The notes under the pieces are model-generated. The model saw only the letters and a program-made list of their open reading frames with translations. It was not told where the DNA came from and made no database searches. DNA of 64,000 nt from the IMG/VR virus record IMGVR_UViG_3300025767_001290, positions 1 through 64,000 of that record; one strand, written 5' to 3'. Both the position numbers and the translations under genes were made by a program. Positions 1-9,896 of this stretch are shown one piece after another (the stretch's first letter is position 1; each line of letters starts with the position of its first letter). This DNA comes from a virus.

Positions 1-2
1 TT

Positions 3-422
3 GAAGATACAATTGATATTGCTGTATGCATTGACATGTCAGGTTCAATTGGAGAAGTGCAAGGCAAAGACTTCCTAGGCGAAGTCAAAGGCATCATGGA
101 AGAGTTTCCAGACTACAATATTAAAGTATGGTGCTTTGACACTAGAGTATACAACGAAGAAGACTTTGAAGCAAATGACGGTAAAGACTTGTTAGACTAT
201 GAACTAATGGGCGGCGGTGGCACTGACTTTATGGCTAACTGGACATACATGAAAGAACAGGAGTATGTTCCTAAGAAACTTATTATGTTTACAGATGGGT
301 ATGCTTGGGATAGTTGGGGCGATCCAGACTACTGTGATACAGTGTTTGTTATTCACTCAAACCGTGATAAGAATTTAGAAGGACCGTTTGGTACCTCAGT
401 ACATTACGATGCGGCTGCATGA
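3..422 (+). CDS. VWA-like domain protein (DUF2201-type), 5' partial
   Basis: Frame is open from the window edge (EDTIDIAVCIDMSGSI = DxSxS MIDAS motif), with GGGGTDF and MFTDGY motifs. Confidence 0.8.
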   Translation, partial: EDTIDIAVCIDMSGSIGEVQGKDFLGEVKGIMEEFPDYNIKVWCFDTRVYNEEDFEANDGKDLLDYELMGGGGTDFMANWTYMKEQEYVPKKLIMFTDGYAWDSWGDPDYCDTVFVIHSNRDKNLEGPFGTSVHYDAAA

Positions 423-700
423 TAAAAAATAGAACCCCTAATCCATTAAATGTATTTGAAGTGAGGCAAGTCAAAGCAGCTCCGCCCCATTTCGAGTACG
501 TTAACTTACCTATGACATATAACTTAGAAGATAGTCTAGTCAAGTGGATTAAACAACATCTAAAAAATAGATTCTATACAGGCAAAAACGTAAGCCTAGA
601 CAGTGATAACAAACTAACACAAGTATTAACTGTTGGGTTTGAAGAGACTAAAGACATGAGTTATTTCATGTTAGCGTGTCCACATTTAAAGTACAAATAA
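419..700 (+). CDS. Hypothetical phage protein
   Basis: 93-aa ORF with ATGA overlap on the upstream stop. Confidence 0.7.
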   Translation: MIKNRTPNPLNVFEVRQVKAAPPHFEYVNLPMTYNLEDSLVKWIKQHLKNRFYTGKNVSLDSDNKLTQVLTVGFEETKDMSYFMLACPHLKYK

Positions 701-738
701 ATAAAGTACGCATATATACTATAACAAGGAGAACATTT

Positions 739-981
739 ATGAGCGAAGATACAAACGTTGAAGCAGAAGTAACAGAGGCATCGGCGGCACCTAAAACTAG
801 TGAAGCACAAGGTCCTGATCTAACTGTACAAGACTTACAAGCACTAAAGAGCATTATTGATGTTGCAAGTCAACGTGGCGCTTTTAAGCCTAACGAGATG
901 ATGACGGTAGGACAAACTTACAGTAAACTAGAAACATTTTTAGCAGCCGTTGCACAACAGCAACCTGCACAAGGAGCATAA
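739..981 (+). CDS. Hypothetical phage protein
   Basis: AAGGAG RBS before ATG 739, preferred over the track start at 676; core IIDVASQRGAFKPNEM. Confidence 0.75.
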   Translation: MSEDTNVEAEVTEASAAPKTSEAQGPDLTVQDLQALKSIIDVASQRGAFKPNEMMTVGQTYSKLETFLAAVAQQQPAQGA

Positions 982-982
982 A

Positions 983-1618
983 ATGGCACTTAAACATGTA
1001 GGCCGTATGGCTAACAACAAGCGTAGAGTAATTGTTGCGTATAAAGTATTACCCGGTGATCCAGATCATTGTGTTGTAGTAACAACTGAAAATTTAGAAG
1101 CTGGCGATCACGACGCACTAATTAAGTTAGTCGAGTCAGCATCTGGTCAACAAGCAGACGACTTAGCAACTGTTATGATGCGTACACAACTATCAGACGG
1201 CAGCAACATGCTTGCACGTTTTCACACAACTGGTAAGATGGTTAAAGTTAAAACAGCAGATGTTGAGATGATTCCTAATCAGAATACTAGTATCAGGTTG
1301 AGTGAACTTAATGAAGCTATTGCAGCACAGCGTGGAGTAACAGTTAACGACTTGGCTATAACTGGTAGCGACGGCAAAACTATTCAACAAGCATCTACTA
1401 GCGAGCTAGCAATGACTGCTAGTGAAATGGCTGCGGCTGCTCCTAGTGTTGCACCTGTTGCAGACGATGGTGTGATCACTGACGAAGTACTTGCTAAGAA
1501 GTTTCGCAGTGATGCAGATCGTTTGAGCAAAGAGGCAGCAGAGTTACGCAGACAAGCTGAAGAATTAGTTCCTACTAAAAAGAAAGCAGCGCCTAAGAAG
1601 ACTGCTGCTAGTGCCTAA
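983..1618 (+). CDS. Hypothetical phage protein with basic C-terminal tail
   Basis: AAGGAG before ATG 983; helical C-terminus ending KKKAAPKKTAASA. Confidence 0.75.
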   Translation: MALKHVGRMANNKRRVIVAYKVLPGDPDHCVVVTTENLEAGDHDALIKLVESASGQQADDLATVMMRTQLSDGSNMLARFHTTGKMVKVKTADVEMIPNQNTSIRLSELNEAIAAQRGVTVNDLAITGSDGKTIQQASTSELAMTASEMAAAAPSVAPVADDGVITDEVLAKKFRSDADRLSKEAAELRRQAEELVPTKKKAAPKKTAASA

Positions 1619-1928
1619 AAATAAACTACCACCCGAAGTAGTGTCGCAATGGCCGGAAATATTCAATGATATTGAAATAAAAGCAGTACCTATTGAATAT
1701 ATCCACAGTGTTCACGTCCACTTTCATGATGGCAAAATATGGCAGATTGATATCGACAAACAACAATCTTCTGATGAAAATGCAATTAATCAAATTGAAT
1801 CAAGTTTAGAAACTTTTTTAGAGCAATACGATAAAGAAATATCACATGTTGACTTTCGTTTAAATACATCTAAAGTAGTTGCAGATGTTAAGAAACGAAC
1901 CAAAAGTTTCATGAAGAAACGAAAATAG
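1611..1928 (+). CDS. Hypothetical phage protein
   Basis: 105-aa ORF with GTG start overlapping the upstream stop. Confidence 0.7.
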   Translation: MPKNKLPPEVVSQWPEIFNDIEIKAVPIEYIHSVHVHFHDGKIWQIDIDKQQSSDENAINQIESSLETFLEQYDKEISHVDFRLNTSKVVADVKKRTKSFMKKRK

Positions 1929-1951
1929 ATCGATGTTTATCTTTAAAAATG

Positions 1952-1960
1952 TATAAATAC
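1952..1960 (+). promoter_or_regulatory. T4-type late promoter TATAAATA(C)
   Basis: Exact T4 gp55 late consensus, intergenic, 28 nt before the ATG of a virion-type gene; AGGAG RBS follows. Confidence 0.7.
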
Positions 1961-1988
1961 TAATAATAGATATTCTAGGAGTATATAC

Positions 1989-3020
1989 ATGGCATTACGT
2001 CTAAGACGCGGCACAGATGCAGAGCGCTTGCTAATAACACCCGTAGAAGGTGAACTAATCTACACTACAGATACCAAACTGCTATACGCAGGTGACGGTA
2101 GTACTGCTGGCGGAACGTTAGTTACTGGTTCAGGTGGTGGTGGCTCCACAACATTAGATGCACTTACTGATACTGATTTAACAGGTGCATCAGACAATGA
2201 TGTATTGACATATAATAGTGGTACTAGCAAGTGGGAACCGACAGATACATTTAATGGCACTGTAGTTGGTACACTTAATGGAACTGTAACAGGTAATGTA
2301 GTCGGAACACTAGACGGTGAATTAACTGGTAGTGTATTCGGCGATGATTCAAATCTAATTGTTGACGGTATTGACGGAAGTATACGTACTGGTAATATTT
2401 CATCTCCTAGAGTAAGACTCGATAATGCAGATCAACCAGGTGACGGACTAAATGGTGGGATTGGTGAAGTTAATCTTGATATTGCTAGTAATGACAATCG
2501 AAGTCTTTTAAATCTTCGAAGAGTGTCAGAGACAGACCTAACAGGGGATATATCAGCTATTTACGGTACTGTTACGTTTGGAAGAGAAGATGTAAACGGA
2601 ACACTAACTACAAATATATTCTTTGGTAGAGAAAACGGAATGTATTTTGGTAATACACCTACTGGAGTTTTTAATGACGGATCGTATTTTATGGTCTGGA
2701 GAGATAACAAACTAGGGGTTGGTACTGCAACCCCTGCCGAAGCACTTGATGTAAATGGTAATGGTGTATTTACAGGAAACGTAGAAGCCGCATCATTTGT
2801 TGGTAGTGTGGCTACTGACGATTCGTCTATTATTATTAACGGAATAGACGGAAGTATTAATGCACAAAGTTTTGTACAATTTGGTAGTTTAACTACAGCA
2901 GAGCGAGATGCACTAACTGCTGCAAACGGAATGGTTATCTATAATACTACAAATAATAAATTTGAAGGTTATCAAAACGGTGGCTGGATTAATTTAGACG
3001 ACGGCTTAGCTGCTTCTTAA
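1989..3020 (+). CDS. Fibre-like virion structural protein
   Basis: N-terminal LRLRRGT..ER...P.EGEL.YTTDT..LY.GDG (Mtd_N/hyaluronidase-N-like), Gxxx repeats, LGVGTATP..ALDV.G, C-terminal ERDAL..ANGMVIYNTT..KFEGY..GW. Confidence 0.75.
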   Translation: MALRLRRGTDAERLLITPVEGELIYTTDTKLLYAGDGSTAGGTLVTGSGGGGSTTLDALTDTDLTGASDNDVLTYNSGTSKWEPTDTFNGTVVGTLNGTVTGNVVGTLDGELTGSVFGDDSNLIVDGIDGSIRTGNISSPRVRLDNADQPGDGLNGGIGEVNLDIASNDNRSLLNLRRVSETDLTGDISAIYGTVTFGREDVNGTLTTNIFFGRENGMYFGNTPTGVFNDGSYFMVWRDNKLGVGTATPAEALDVNGNGVFTGNVEAASFVGSVATDDSSIIINGIDGSINAQSFVQFGSLTTAERDALTAANGMVIYNTTNNKFEGYQNGGWINLDDGLAAS

Positions 3021-3037
3021 TTCTTAAAATAAACAAA

Positions 3038-3066
3038 GCAGCATTGTATTCAATACTGCCTTTTTT
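3038..3066 (+). terminator. Probable intrinsic terminator
   Basis: GCAGCATTG-TATT-CAATACTGC hairpin (one mismatch) followed by C and T6, just after stop 3020. Confidence 0.6.
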
Positions 3067-3119
3067 CTTGGCTAAATTACTTAAATATGTTAGTATAATA
3101 AACATAAGAGGATCCTGTT

Positions 3120-4037
3120 ATGAAACCTGAAGATAATACATTTCGTATACTATCAATTCAGACAACTTATAAATGTAATATGACCTGCGCTAATTGTTAC
3201 TTAGGTGACATGTTAAATAATCCAAACTATAAAGATGTACACATTGAAAGATTTGAAGATGCTATAAGTAGATTACCTAATAAAACAGAAATTAGATTCA
3301 TAGGTGCAGAACCAACTATGAATGATAATCTTTTTGATATGATAAGAATTGTTAAAAAATATAATCACCTTCCTTCTTTACTAACTAATGGTCTAAAACT
3401 TGCCCAAGAAGATTACGTTATTAATCTTAAAAAGTCAGGGCTAAACTTTTTAGGATTGAGTATGAACGGCGGGCTTGACGACGAAGTATATAAAAGATTT
3501 GATAATGGTAAATTTGCAACTGTAAAGAAAAGAGCATTAGAAAATTGTATAAAACATAAACTTGTGCCGCATATCAATATAATTGTTGATCCTACTAATA
3601 TACATATCCTAAAGCCGTTGTTATCTTATATCGAAGAATTATGTAAAAAGTATAATAGAAAATCAGGTATTAAATTTCCTATAGTAATACGAATTAAATC
3701 AGTAGGCAATATGGGAAATTATTTAGATACTTATACATACAATATAAACGAACTAATAGATATTGCAAAAGAAAACTTTGGAGAGTTTGTACCTAAATTT
3801 GAAGTAAACGGCTATAAAGAAACTAATACATGTGTATATCAGTTTGAATCTAAAGCAGGCACTATATACGGTAAGTGTACTGACTGGACTGTAGACGATG
3901 ATGGCTTGCCAGACAGAGGAAGTAAAAGAAGAGGCATACTTACCGAAGACTACGAAATCGAACCTTTCTTTGAATATTATGAAACAAAAGTAGACGGTCC
4001 TAGAAAGATTAAATTGGAGTTAATAAATGAAAAATAG
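3120..4037 (+). CDS. Radical SAM protein (MoaA-like fold)
   Basis: CNMTCANC (CxxxCxxC), GAEPT, TNG motifs; GAGGA RBS. Confidence 0.9.
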   Translation: MKPEDNTFRILSIQTTYKCNMTCANCYLGDMLNNPNYKDVHIERFEDAISRLPNKTEIRFIGAEPTMNDNLFDMIRIVKKYNHLPSLLTNGLKLAQEDYVINLKKSGLNFLGLSMNGGLDDEVYKRFDNGKFATVKKRALENCIKHKLVPHINIIVDPTNIHILKPLLSYIEELCKKYNRKSGIKFPIVIRIKSVGNMGNYLDTYTYNINELIDIAKENFGEFVPKFEVNGYKETNTCVYQFESKAGTIYGKCTDWTVDDDGLPDRGSKRRGILTEDYEIEPFFEYYETKVDGPRKIKLELINEK

Positions 4038-4620
4038 AAACGAATTACCAAACTTTTATAAAATGCCAAATATGAAAGTTGATACTGAAAAACTATTACA
4101 ATGCTTTAGAGATTTCGAACCTAGTAAAGATCAGCTTGTTAACAAATGTGGACCATATTTATTAAACGACGAATATGAACAAACATATGTTACATATACA
4201 AGTGACAAAGATGCTATGCTTAGAGACAAAGCAGATGAAAGAACTTATACTAATCTATATGAAAAGTATAAAGGCACGTATGTTGAAGAAGTGTTAGATA
4301 GTTTTAAATCTCCATATACACGAACAAGATTAGTTGTTCAAAAGCCAGGTGCTTATATTTTACCGCACATGGACTATGATACACGATTTAGTATTAGATT
4401 TTTTATTCCGCTTGTTGCTAACGAGTGGAGTTGGAATGCTATTCAGCGAAAAGGTCAAAAGTTGCCAGAATTTCAATACATGCCTGCAGACGGTTCGGTG
4501 TGGTTTGTAAACGTAGGACACAAACATACCGGATTTAATTTTGGTAGCACTGATGCAATAAAGTTAATAGTATCAATTAATGGACAAGAAGACTTGGATG
4601 TTTTGAATGATATCAATTGA
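4027..4620 (+). CDS. Aspartyl/asparaginyl beta-hydroxylase-like 2OG-Fe(II) oxygenase
   Basis: RTRL...PG..ILPHMD (HxD), IPL, G.VWFVN.GHKH.GFN. Confidence 0.75.
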   Translation: MKNRNELPNFYKMPNMKVDTEKLLQCFRDFEPSKDQLVNKCGPYLLNDEYEQTYVTYTSDKDAMLRDKADERTYTNLYEKYKGTYVEEVLDSFKSPYTRTRLVVQKPGAYILPHMDYDTRFSIRFFIPLVANEWSWNAIQRKGQKLPEFQYMPADGSVWFVNVGHKHTGFNFGSTDAIKLIVSINGQEDLDVLNDIN

Positions 4621-5182
4621 AGATATACTCGATTCTAAAGAAGAACTTTTAAGATTAACTGAGCTTGCAAAGGAAGACTCGTTTTCTAACTTTAATAAAT
4701 TTGAAAAACGAATACCCGATTATTTAAATTATCATGTAGCAAAGTATAATGACGAAGTTATTGCAATGTCAGGCATGTTTAAAAGCAAGCAATGGGATCC
4801 GAAGTTTGTTAGAATAGCAGACCGTACTTACTACTTTAAAATAGCTAGAAGTGGTTCATTATCTTTTTTAAATGAAAATAAATTGAAGGCTACAGCTTCA
4901 ACATATTTCTTGCCATTACATGTGAAGATAGCAATTGAAAAAAACTTAATTCCGTTTTTTTCTATATCTGGTATTAAAAGAAGAGCTGCAATGGTTAAAG
5001 TAATCGAAAGATGGAACAATAATAGCGATAACGAAAATAAATTTATATTATTACCTGAAATGTATTATACATGTAATCACGATATTTCAGAAAATACAAA
5101 TGAAGCATGTTGGCAAAACATCGCAATGTTAGATATTAACGGTCACGAAGACTTTAACTTGCCAAGTAGATCTATAAATTAG
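4607..5182 (+). CDS. Hypothetical protein (possibly GNAT-like)
   Basis: 191-aa ORF coupled in the operon; VIAMSG...RIADRTY only loosely GNAT-like. Confidence 0.6.
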   Translation: MISIEDILDSKEELLRLTELAKEDSFSNFNKFEKRIPDYLNYHVAKYNDEVIAMSGMFKSKQWDPKFVRIADRTYYFKIARSGSLSFLNENKLKATASTYFLPLHVKIAIEKNLIPFFSISGIKRRAAMVKVIERWNNNSDNENKFILLPEMYYTCNHDISENTNEACWQNIAMLDINGHEDFNLPSRSIN

Positions 5183-5191
5183 GAAATTAAA

Positions 5192-6016
5192 TTGCTAGTT
5201 AAGAAAATCAAAAACAATTGGGTAAGTGAAATTCTAGATGTAGATTGTGCCAATCTTACTTCATCTGAAGAAAAACAAATATATGAAATATTTGCCAAAC
5301 AAAAAGTAGTTATTTTTAAAGATCAATCTTTAAATAATATGCAATTAAAAAAGTTTTGTAGTATTTTTGGTCAAGTTTGGGATAATTCAAAGGAAAAGTA
5401 CAGCGGTCTTCAACAAAGTGTAGTTAGCGGTCATGAAGACAACTTTGTTGAGACAGTAAGTGAAGACGGACTATTGAGCTCTGGATTAATACCGTGGCAT
5501 GTTGATCTTACACACTTTCCTTCGCAACTACTACCTAACAGAATCTTGTACGCAGTTGAGCTCGAAGGAGATACAGCTAGTACTCAATTTATTGACACAG
5601 TACAAGGTCTAAACTTAATCAACAGTTCAATAAAAGAATTTTTAAAATATGCTACAGCACTATGTAAAGCACCTTATAATACTCCTTGGGATTGTTATGT
5701 TAGAAGACCGGCAATACAATGGCATCCTATACATAATGATTACGGATTAGTAGCTGACGAGTTATTCACACAGTGGATAGAAGGACTCGAAAAAGATGTT
5801 GATTATAAACAATGGATTAAGAAAAATGTTATCAATAAAATGATAAGCAACGAAACAACATATGCACATAACTGGAATGTAGGTGATTTAGTTGTATATG
5901 ACAACTGGAGTACTATTCATACTCGAGATGCATTTACAGGTAAACGTAAACTAAAAAGAGTTACGTGGGATCAAAACTGGTTTAATGAAAGAATAACAAA
6001 TGACAATATTTCATAA
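5192..6016 (+). CDS. TauD/TfdA family 2OG-dependent dioxygenase
   Basis: KVVIFKDQ.L, WHVD (HxD), T.FID, H.W..GDLVVYDNW.TIH.R, R.L.R. Confidence 0.9.
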   Translation: MLVKKIKNNWVSEILDVDCANLTSSEEKQIYEIFAKQKVVIFKDQSLNNMQLKKFCSIFGQVWDNSKEKYSGLQQSVVSGHEDNFVETVSEDGLLSSGLIPWHVDLTHFPSQLLPNRILYAVELEGDTASTQFIDTVQGLNLINSSIKEFLKYATALCKAPYNTPWDCYVRRPAIQWHPIHNDYGLVADELFTQWIEGLEKDVDYKQWIKKNVINKMISNETTYAHNWNVGDLVVYDNWSTIHTRDAFTGKRKLKRVTWDQNWFNERITNDNIS

Positions 6017-6617
6017 AGACATTGATATACAACACTATGACAATAGTGTTATTTTAAATCATCCGTATGTACAAGAGTTGTTAGCAAAAAAAGACTACGA
6101 ATTTGAATGGAATTTAAGACTGTTTGATTTAAAAAGTGTCCTTCCAGACTTTTATAATTGGTGTGAAGACTTTTTTAATAGTAGGATTACAGTTACACGT
6201 TTCTTTATCACATTGCCAAATTCTAATACAATAATACATGAGGATGCAGGCTATAATACTTGTTTAAATATTCCAGTTATAAATTGCAACAAATATGGTA
6301 AGAATGTTTGGTATGACATGAACCGCGGACTTAGATCAGACAACGAAGGCTGGATTCGTGATAGCGCAAGCGCACCTTATGCTGCTAATGACGGTGGCGC
6401 ATGGACATATCCGCATAATGCCGTTATTAAACCAATTTACGAGATGATCCTAGATAGACCAACATTATTTAATACTAGTATTCCGCATAATGTTGTAACA
6501 GAAGAATTTGAAAATAAAAACTATCCACGTGTAGTTCTAACAATAAGAACAAAAACTATGACTAGAAAGTCAGGCATAAGTTTTGATAACTTTTTAGAAA
6601 ACGAGTTACCTAAATGA
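6000..6617 (+). CDS. Putative 2OG-Fe(II) oxygenase
   Basis: IHED (HxD), LNIPV, NTSIPHNV, RVVLTIR pattern of a cupin/DSBH oxygenase. Confidence 0.6.
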   Translation: MTIFHKDIDIQHYDNSVILNHPYVQELLAKKDYEFEWNLRLFDLKSVLPDFYNWCEDFFNSRITVTRFFITLPNSNTIIHEDAGYNTCLNIPVINCNKYGKNVWYDMNRGLRSDNEGWIRDSASAPYAANDGGAWTYPHNAVIKPIYEMILDRPTLFNTSIPHNVVTEEFENKNYPRVVLTIRTKTMTRKSGISFDNFLENELPK

Positions 6618-7186
6618 TTTACACAAAAGATTTTGCATTTATACACGTACCAAAAACTTCTGGCATGAGTATTAAGAAAAGCATAGAATTAAATTGTGCA
6701 GACGCAAAATACATGCCGGAAGATACGTTTAGCAATGAAATAAACGGTGTTGACTGGCGTAAAGTTATGCACTATCCGTATATTTATTGGGAGCCATTAA
6801 TAGAAAACAAATGGGTGTTTTCTGTTGTTAGAAATCCGTTTGTTAGAGCTGTAAGTTTCTATGTATTTTTAAAGAACATGTATGCATTTAAAGATAAACT
6901 TACTAACTTAACTTTTGAAGAGCTATATTCTAAAAAGAATACATTTACTAGTATTACGCAAACACAGATCTTAACAGGTAATAACGGTATGGTTCCTAAT
7001 ATTTTTAAATACGAAGACGGGTATTCTAAATTAGAATACAAATTAGGATTTAAGATAAATCAAAAAGAGATGGTTAACTCTAACTATAATTATTTAGACT
7101 ATTATGACGAGAAAAGGGAAAAGTTAATCTTTCAAACTTTTGAAGAAGATTTTAAAAACTTTTCGTATAGTACCAATGTTATATAA
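6614..7186 (+). CDS. Sulfotransferase family 2 protein
   Basis: FIHVPKTSG.SI (5'-PSB) and VRNP..RAVS.Y (3'-PB) PAPS-binding motifs; ED...F.Y C-terminus. Confidence 0.85.
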   Translation: MIYTKDFAFIHVPKTSGMSIKKSIELNCADAKYMPEDTFSNEINGVDWRKVMHYPYIYWEPLIENKWVFSVVRNPFVRAVSFYVFLKNMYAFKDKLTNLTFEELYSKKNTFTSITQTQILTGNNGMVPNIFKYEDGYSKLEYKLGFKINQKEMVNSNYNYLDYYDEKREKLIFQTFEEDFKNFSYSTNVI

Positions 7187-7631
7187 TTATTGTTCACAAT
7201 TGCCTCGAATTCCAGATAATATTATTAATCTAACAGAAGATGAGATTAGAAAAATTCCTAATAAGTTTAACGGAATCAAGGCAACTAAGTATTCACTGCA
7301 CACTGCTACTCAAGAGCTTAATGACTTTTTAAAACCATACTTCGATAATAATGTAAATATTGCCTTTCAATTAATTACAGACGATTTACCCCTACACAAA
7401 GACTATGGTAGAACAAACTGTTATAATTATATTATTAAATCAGGAGGCGATGTTAGCACAATTTGGTATGACGACAATGCAGAAGAAATTGATAGAGTAA
7501 TTTTTCCTACATGTGTTTGGCATAATATTAACGTAACAAAGTTTCATAATGTTGTAGGAATCAATAGTACACGCATAGCAATTAGTGTTTGGACTAAAGA
7601 CGAAAATGCCATCGGTGATATTAAACTTTAA
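7176..7631 (+). CDS. Putative 2OG-Fe(II) oxygenase
   Basis: LHKD (HxD), WH.INV..FHNV, RIAISV; ATG 7176 overlapping the upstream gene end preferred over TTG 7140. Confidence 0.6.
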   Translation: MLYNYCSQLPRIPDNIINLTEDEIRKIPNKFNGIKATKYSLHTATQELNDFLKPYFDNNVNIAFQLITDDLPLHKDYGRTNCYNYIIKSGGDVSTIWYDDNAEEIDRVIFPTCVWHNINVTKFHNVVGINSTRIAISVWTKDENAIGDIKL

Positions 7632-9216
7632 CTGTGCTACCGTAATTATTCATCATAGTCTCAAAATCCATGTCGATAAAATACTTGTCTATTGATACAT
7701 AACAATTATGTTTTTTACTGTACATACCCAGTATTTTTGTTTCTTTTATAAGGTCAGCTGTGAGCTTCATTTCTTTGTATATGTTTTCACAAACAGAATT
7801 ATTTAAAAGCGAAAAGTCTCCTTTTCCAGAACTTTTATTAAAAACTTGTGCTAAAGCAAAGCATGTTAATATATCTGCTAATTCTTGAGTTTTATTTCCT
7901 ATTACAATATTAGATTTGGACCAGCCGGGTTTGCCAGTTTGTATAGCGTTATCAACATCTGCTAAACTTTTAAAATCTTGATTATCTTCTTTAAGGAGTA
8001 CAAGGGAATCTACTTTTAATTCATAGACAGTTTGATATTCTTCTTTATACGCCGGACTATTTGGAATTAGTTCCCAAAAGAAGCATAGTATATTAGTTAT
8101 TCCGTTGTTCTTAAATTCATTTAGTTGATCTAACTGTTTTGAAATAGTTTGTCCAGGAAGTCCTACTATAATTTCAGCTATTAGACCAATATTGGGATTT
8201 TTTTCTTTAAAACTTTGTATTAAAGATTTATGATCTTTCCATGATACGTCAGGTCGACTAATATTGTCAAGCACATCTTCGTGAATATCTTGAAAAGAAA
8301 GTTTTACCTTTAGCACTTTAGTCTTTTTTCCTTTTATCATTATATCATAAATTTTGTAGACACGTTCTTTATTAAGTTTACTTAAATTTGTAACATAAAA
8401 AGTTCCGTTATCTACCGCATACTTTGTTATTTCTATATCTTCTTCGTACATACCCCAATTAGCATCTGTGGGCGATACAACAACACCAGGACAAGAAAAT
8501 AAAAAATCTAACTCTTCTTTCCAACTAGATTTTTTTCTTTTAACCTTGTTGTGTAGGCCACTAGACCAGTCACAAAAACTACAAGAATAAGGACATCCCC
8601 GAGCTCTCTCCCATCTGACCTCTAGAGAGATCTTATCATTTGTACTTTCTCTTATTTCTAATAAATGGTTTTTTAAAATATCCTTTTCACTTAAGAAACT
8701 ACTTTTAGTATTGTAATCACTATCAAAAAATACTCTGTGCTGATAAACTTTTTCTTTTGTTACAATATTAATGCCGTTTTCTATAGGTTTATTATCTAAT
8801 ATACTATCTAAAATTTTACAAAAAGCTTCTTCACCGTCGCCGTAAACTGCGTAGTCTATGTAGTTGTGAATTTCAAAATAGTCATTGTTAGACAATACAT
8901 TAACATCCGGGCCTCCTATTATTATTTTAATCAAAGGATTTATTTCTTTAACTTTTTTAGCAATTTGATAGGTAAAGTCGCTGTTCCAAACAAATACCGA
9001 CATACAGAGTATGTCAATCTCTTCTTCTATAATTTTATTAGCAATATAATCTACTGAACAATCTGGCTGCCAATGTTGAGGAGTCCATTGAATCCTATTA
9101 TGATTCGCATTATTTTTATACCTATAATAGGATTTAAGCATATAGTAATTTATATTAATACCAATAAAGTTTAGATATCTAGACATAAGGTACAGGTTAA
9201 CAAATTTTAGTTTCAT
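7621..9216 (-). CDS. B12-binding domain radical SAM protein
   Basis: N-terminal SVFVWN...IIIGGPD...GDGEEAF cobalamin domain; RGCPYSCSFCDW; DANWG; IVGLPGQT. Confidence 0.9.
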   Translation of the reverse strand: MKLKFVNLYLMSRYLNFIGININYYMLKSYYRYKNNANHNRIQWTPQHWQPDCSVDYIANKIIEEEIDILCMSVFVWNSDFTYQIAKKVKEINPLIKIIIGGPDVNVLSNNDYFEIHNYIDYAVYGDGEEAFCKILDSILDNKPIENGINIVTKEKVYQHRVFFDSDYNTKSSFLSEKDILKNHLLEIRESTNDKISLEVRWERARGCPYSCSFCDWSSGLHNKVKRKKSSWKEELDFLFSCPGVVVSPTDANWGMYEEDIEITKYAVDNGTFYVTNLSKLNKERVYKIYDIMIKGKKTKVLKVKLSFQDIHEDVLDNISRPDVSWKDHKSLIQSFKEKNPNIGLIAEIIVGLPGQTISKQLDQLNEFKNNGITNILCFFWELIPNSPAYKEEYQTVYELKVDSLVLLKEDNQDFKSLADVDNAIQTGKPGWSKSNIVIGNKTQELADILTCFALAQVFNKSSGKGDFSLLNNSVCENIYKEMKLTADLIKETKILGMYSKKHNCYVSIDKYFIDMDFETMMNNYGSTVKV

Positions 9217-9256
9217 AATTTTTATATTCTTTTAATTTATAGCTAAAGTAGATATT

Positions 9257-9880
9257 TTAGCCGTGTAAAAACTTAAGAGTCTTGTCAACACTTTCTTTTG
9301 ACAAAATTACATTTGCAACAACAAAGTAGAATGGGTAGTCATTAGTATTAAACAATGTATGCATTTTTGCAGTATCAATAAAATACATAACTCCGTTTTT
9401 AAATTCCATCTTTTTATCTTCTAATAGAAAAAAGTTTTGATCGCTTTCGTAGTTTAATGGTAAAAATAATCTAAATGAATCTATATTAGAGTGCTTGTTG
9501 TCTCTGTGCGGAGGAAAGAACGCTCCTCGATTTAATCTAATAACATGTGTTCTGCCTAGGTGCGCTTCTAACGGATCTAACCATTGTTTAAAATATTCGT
9601 AGACTGGTGTTTTAATAGTAAAGTGTGTTTCGTTTAATACTATACCCGTTTCTTTATAGTATTCATACAAACTATCCAAGTCAGGCTTACCAGATAACCC
9701 GCCATCTAAACTTGTAATACTAAGGCCTTCTCTATTAATATTTTTTCTCGGATTGTACTGAACCCATGTAAAGTTATCTCTAACATCTTCGATTAAAGAG
9801 CCCACTTGGTTTTCTAAGCGTAATGGATAATAGTCACCAAATCTTGTTAACGTTGAATATAATGTAGAGTTATTATACAC
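9257..9880 (-). CDS. Aspartyl/asparaginyl beta-hydroxylase-like 2OG-Fe(II) oxygenase
   Basis: GRTH.IRL..G.FFPPHRD, RLF.PL, G..YFIDT.K.HTLFN; AAGGA RBS before GTG. Confidence 0.75.
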   Translation of the reverse strand: MYNNSTLYSTLTRFGDYYPLRLENQVGSLIEDVRDNFTWVQYNPRKNINREGLSITSLDGGLSGKPDLDSLYEYYKETGIVLNETHFTIKTPVYEYFKQWLDPLEAHLGRTHVIRLNRGAFFPPHRDNKHSNIDSFRLFLPLNYESDQNFFLLEDKKMEFKNGVMYFIDTAKMHTLFNTNDYPFYFVVANVILSKESVDKTLKFLHG

Positions 9881-9896
9881 TATGGTTCCTTTATAA

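Noticed and set aside
3068-3099. Sigma70 promoter before 3120
   Set aside because: TATAAT is present at 3094-3099 but there is no properly spaced -35 element
3120-4037. Calling this radical SAM MoaA or QueE
   Set aside because: Lacks the MoaA C-terminal Cys cluster and GG end; no molybdopterin or queuosine partner genes; family-level call only
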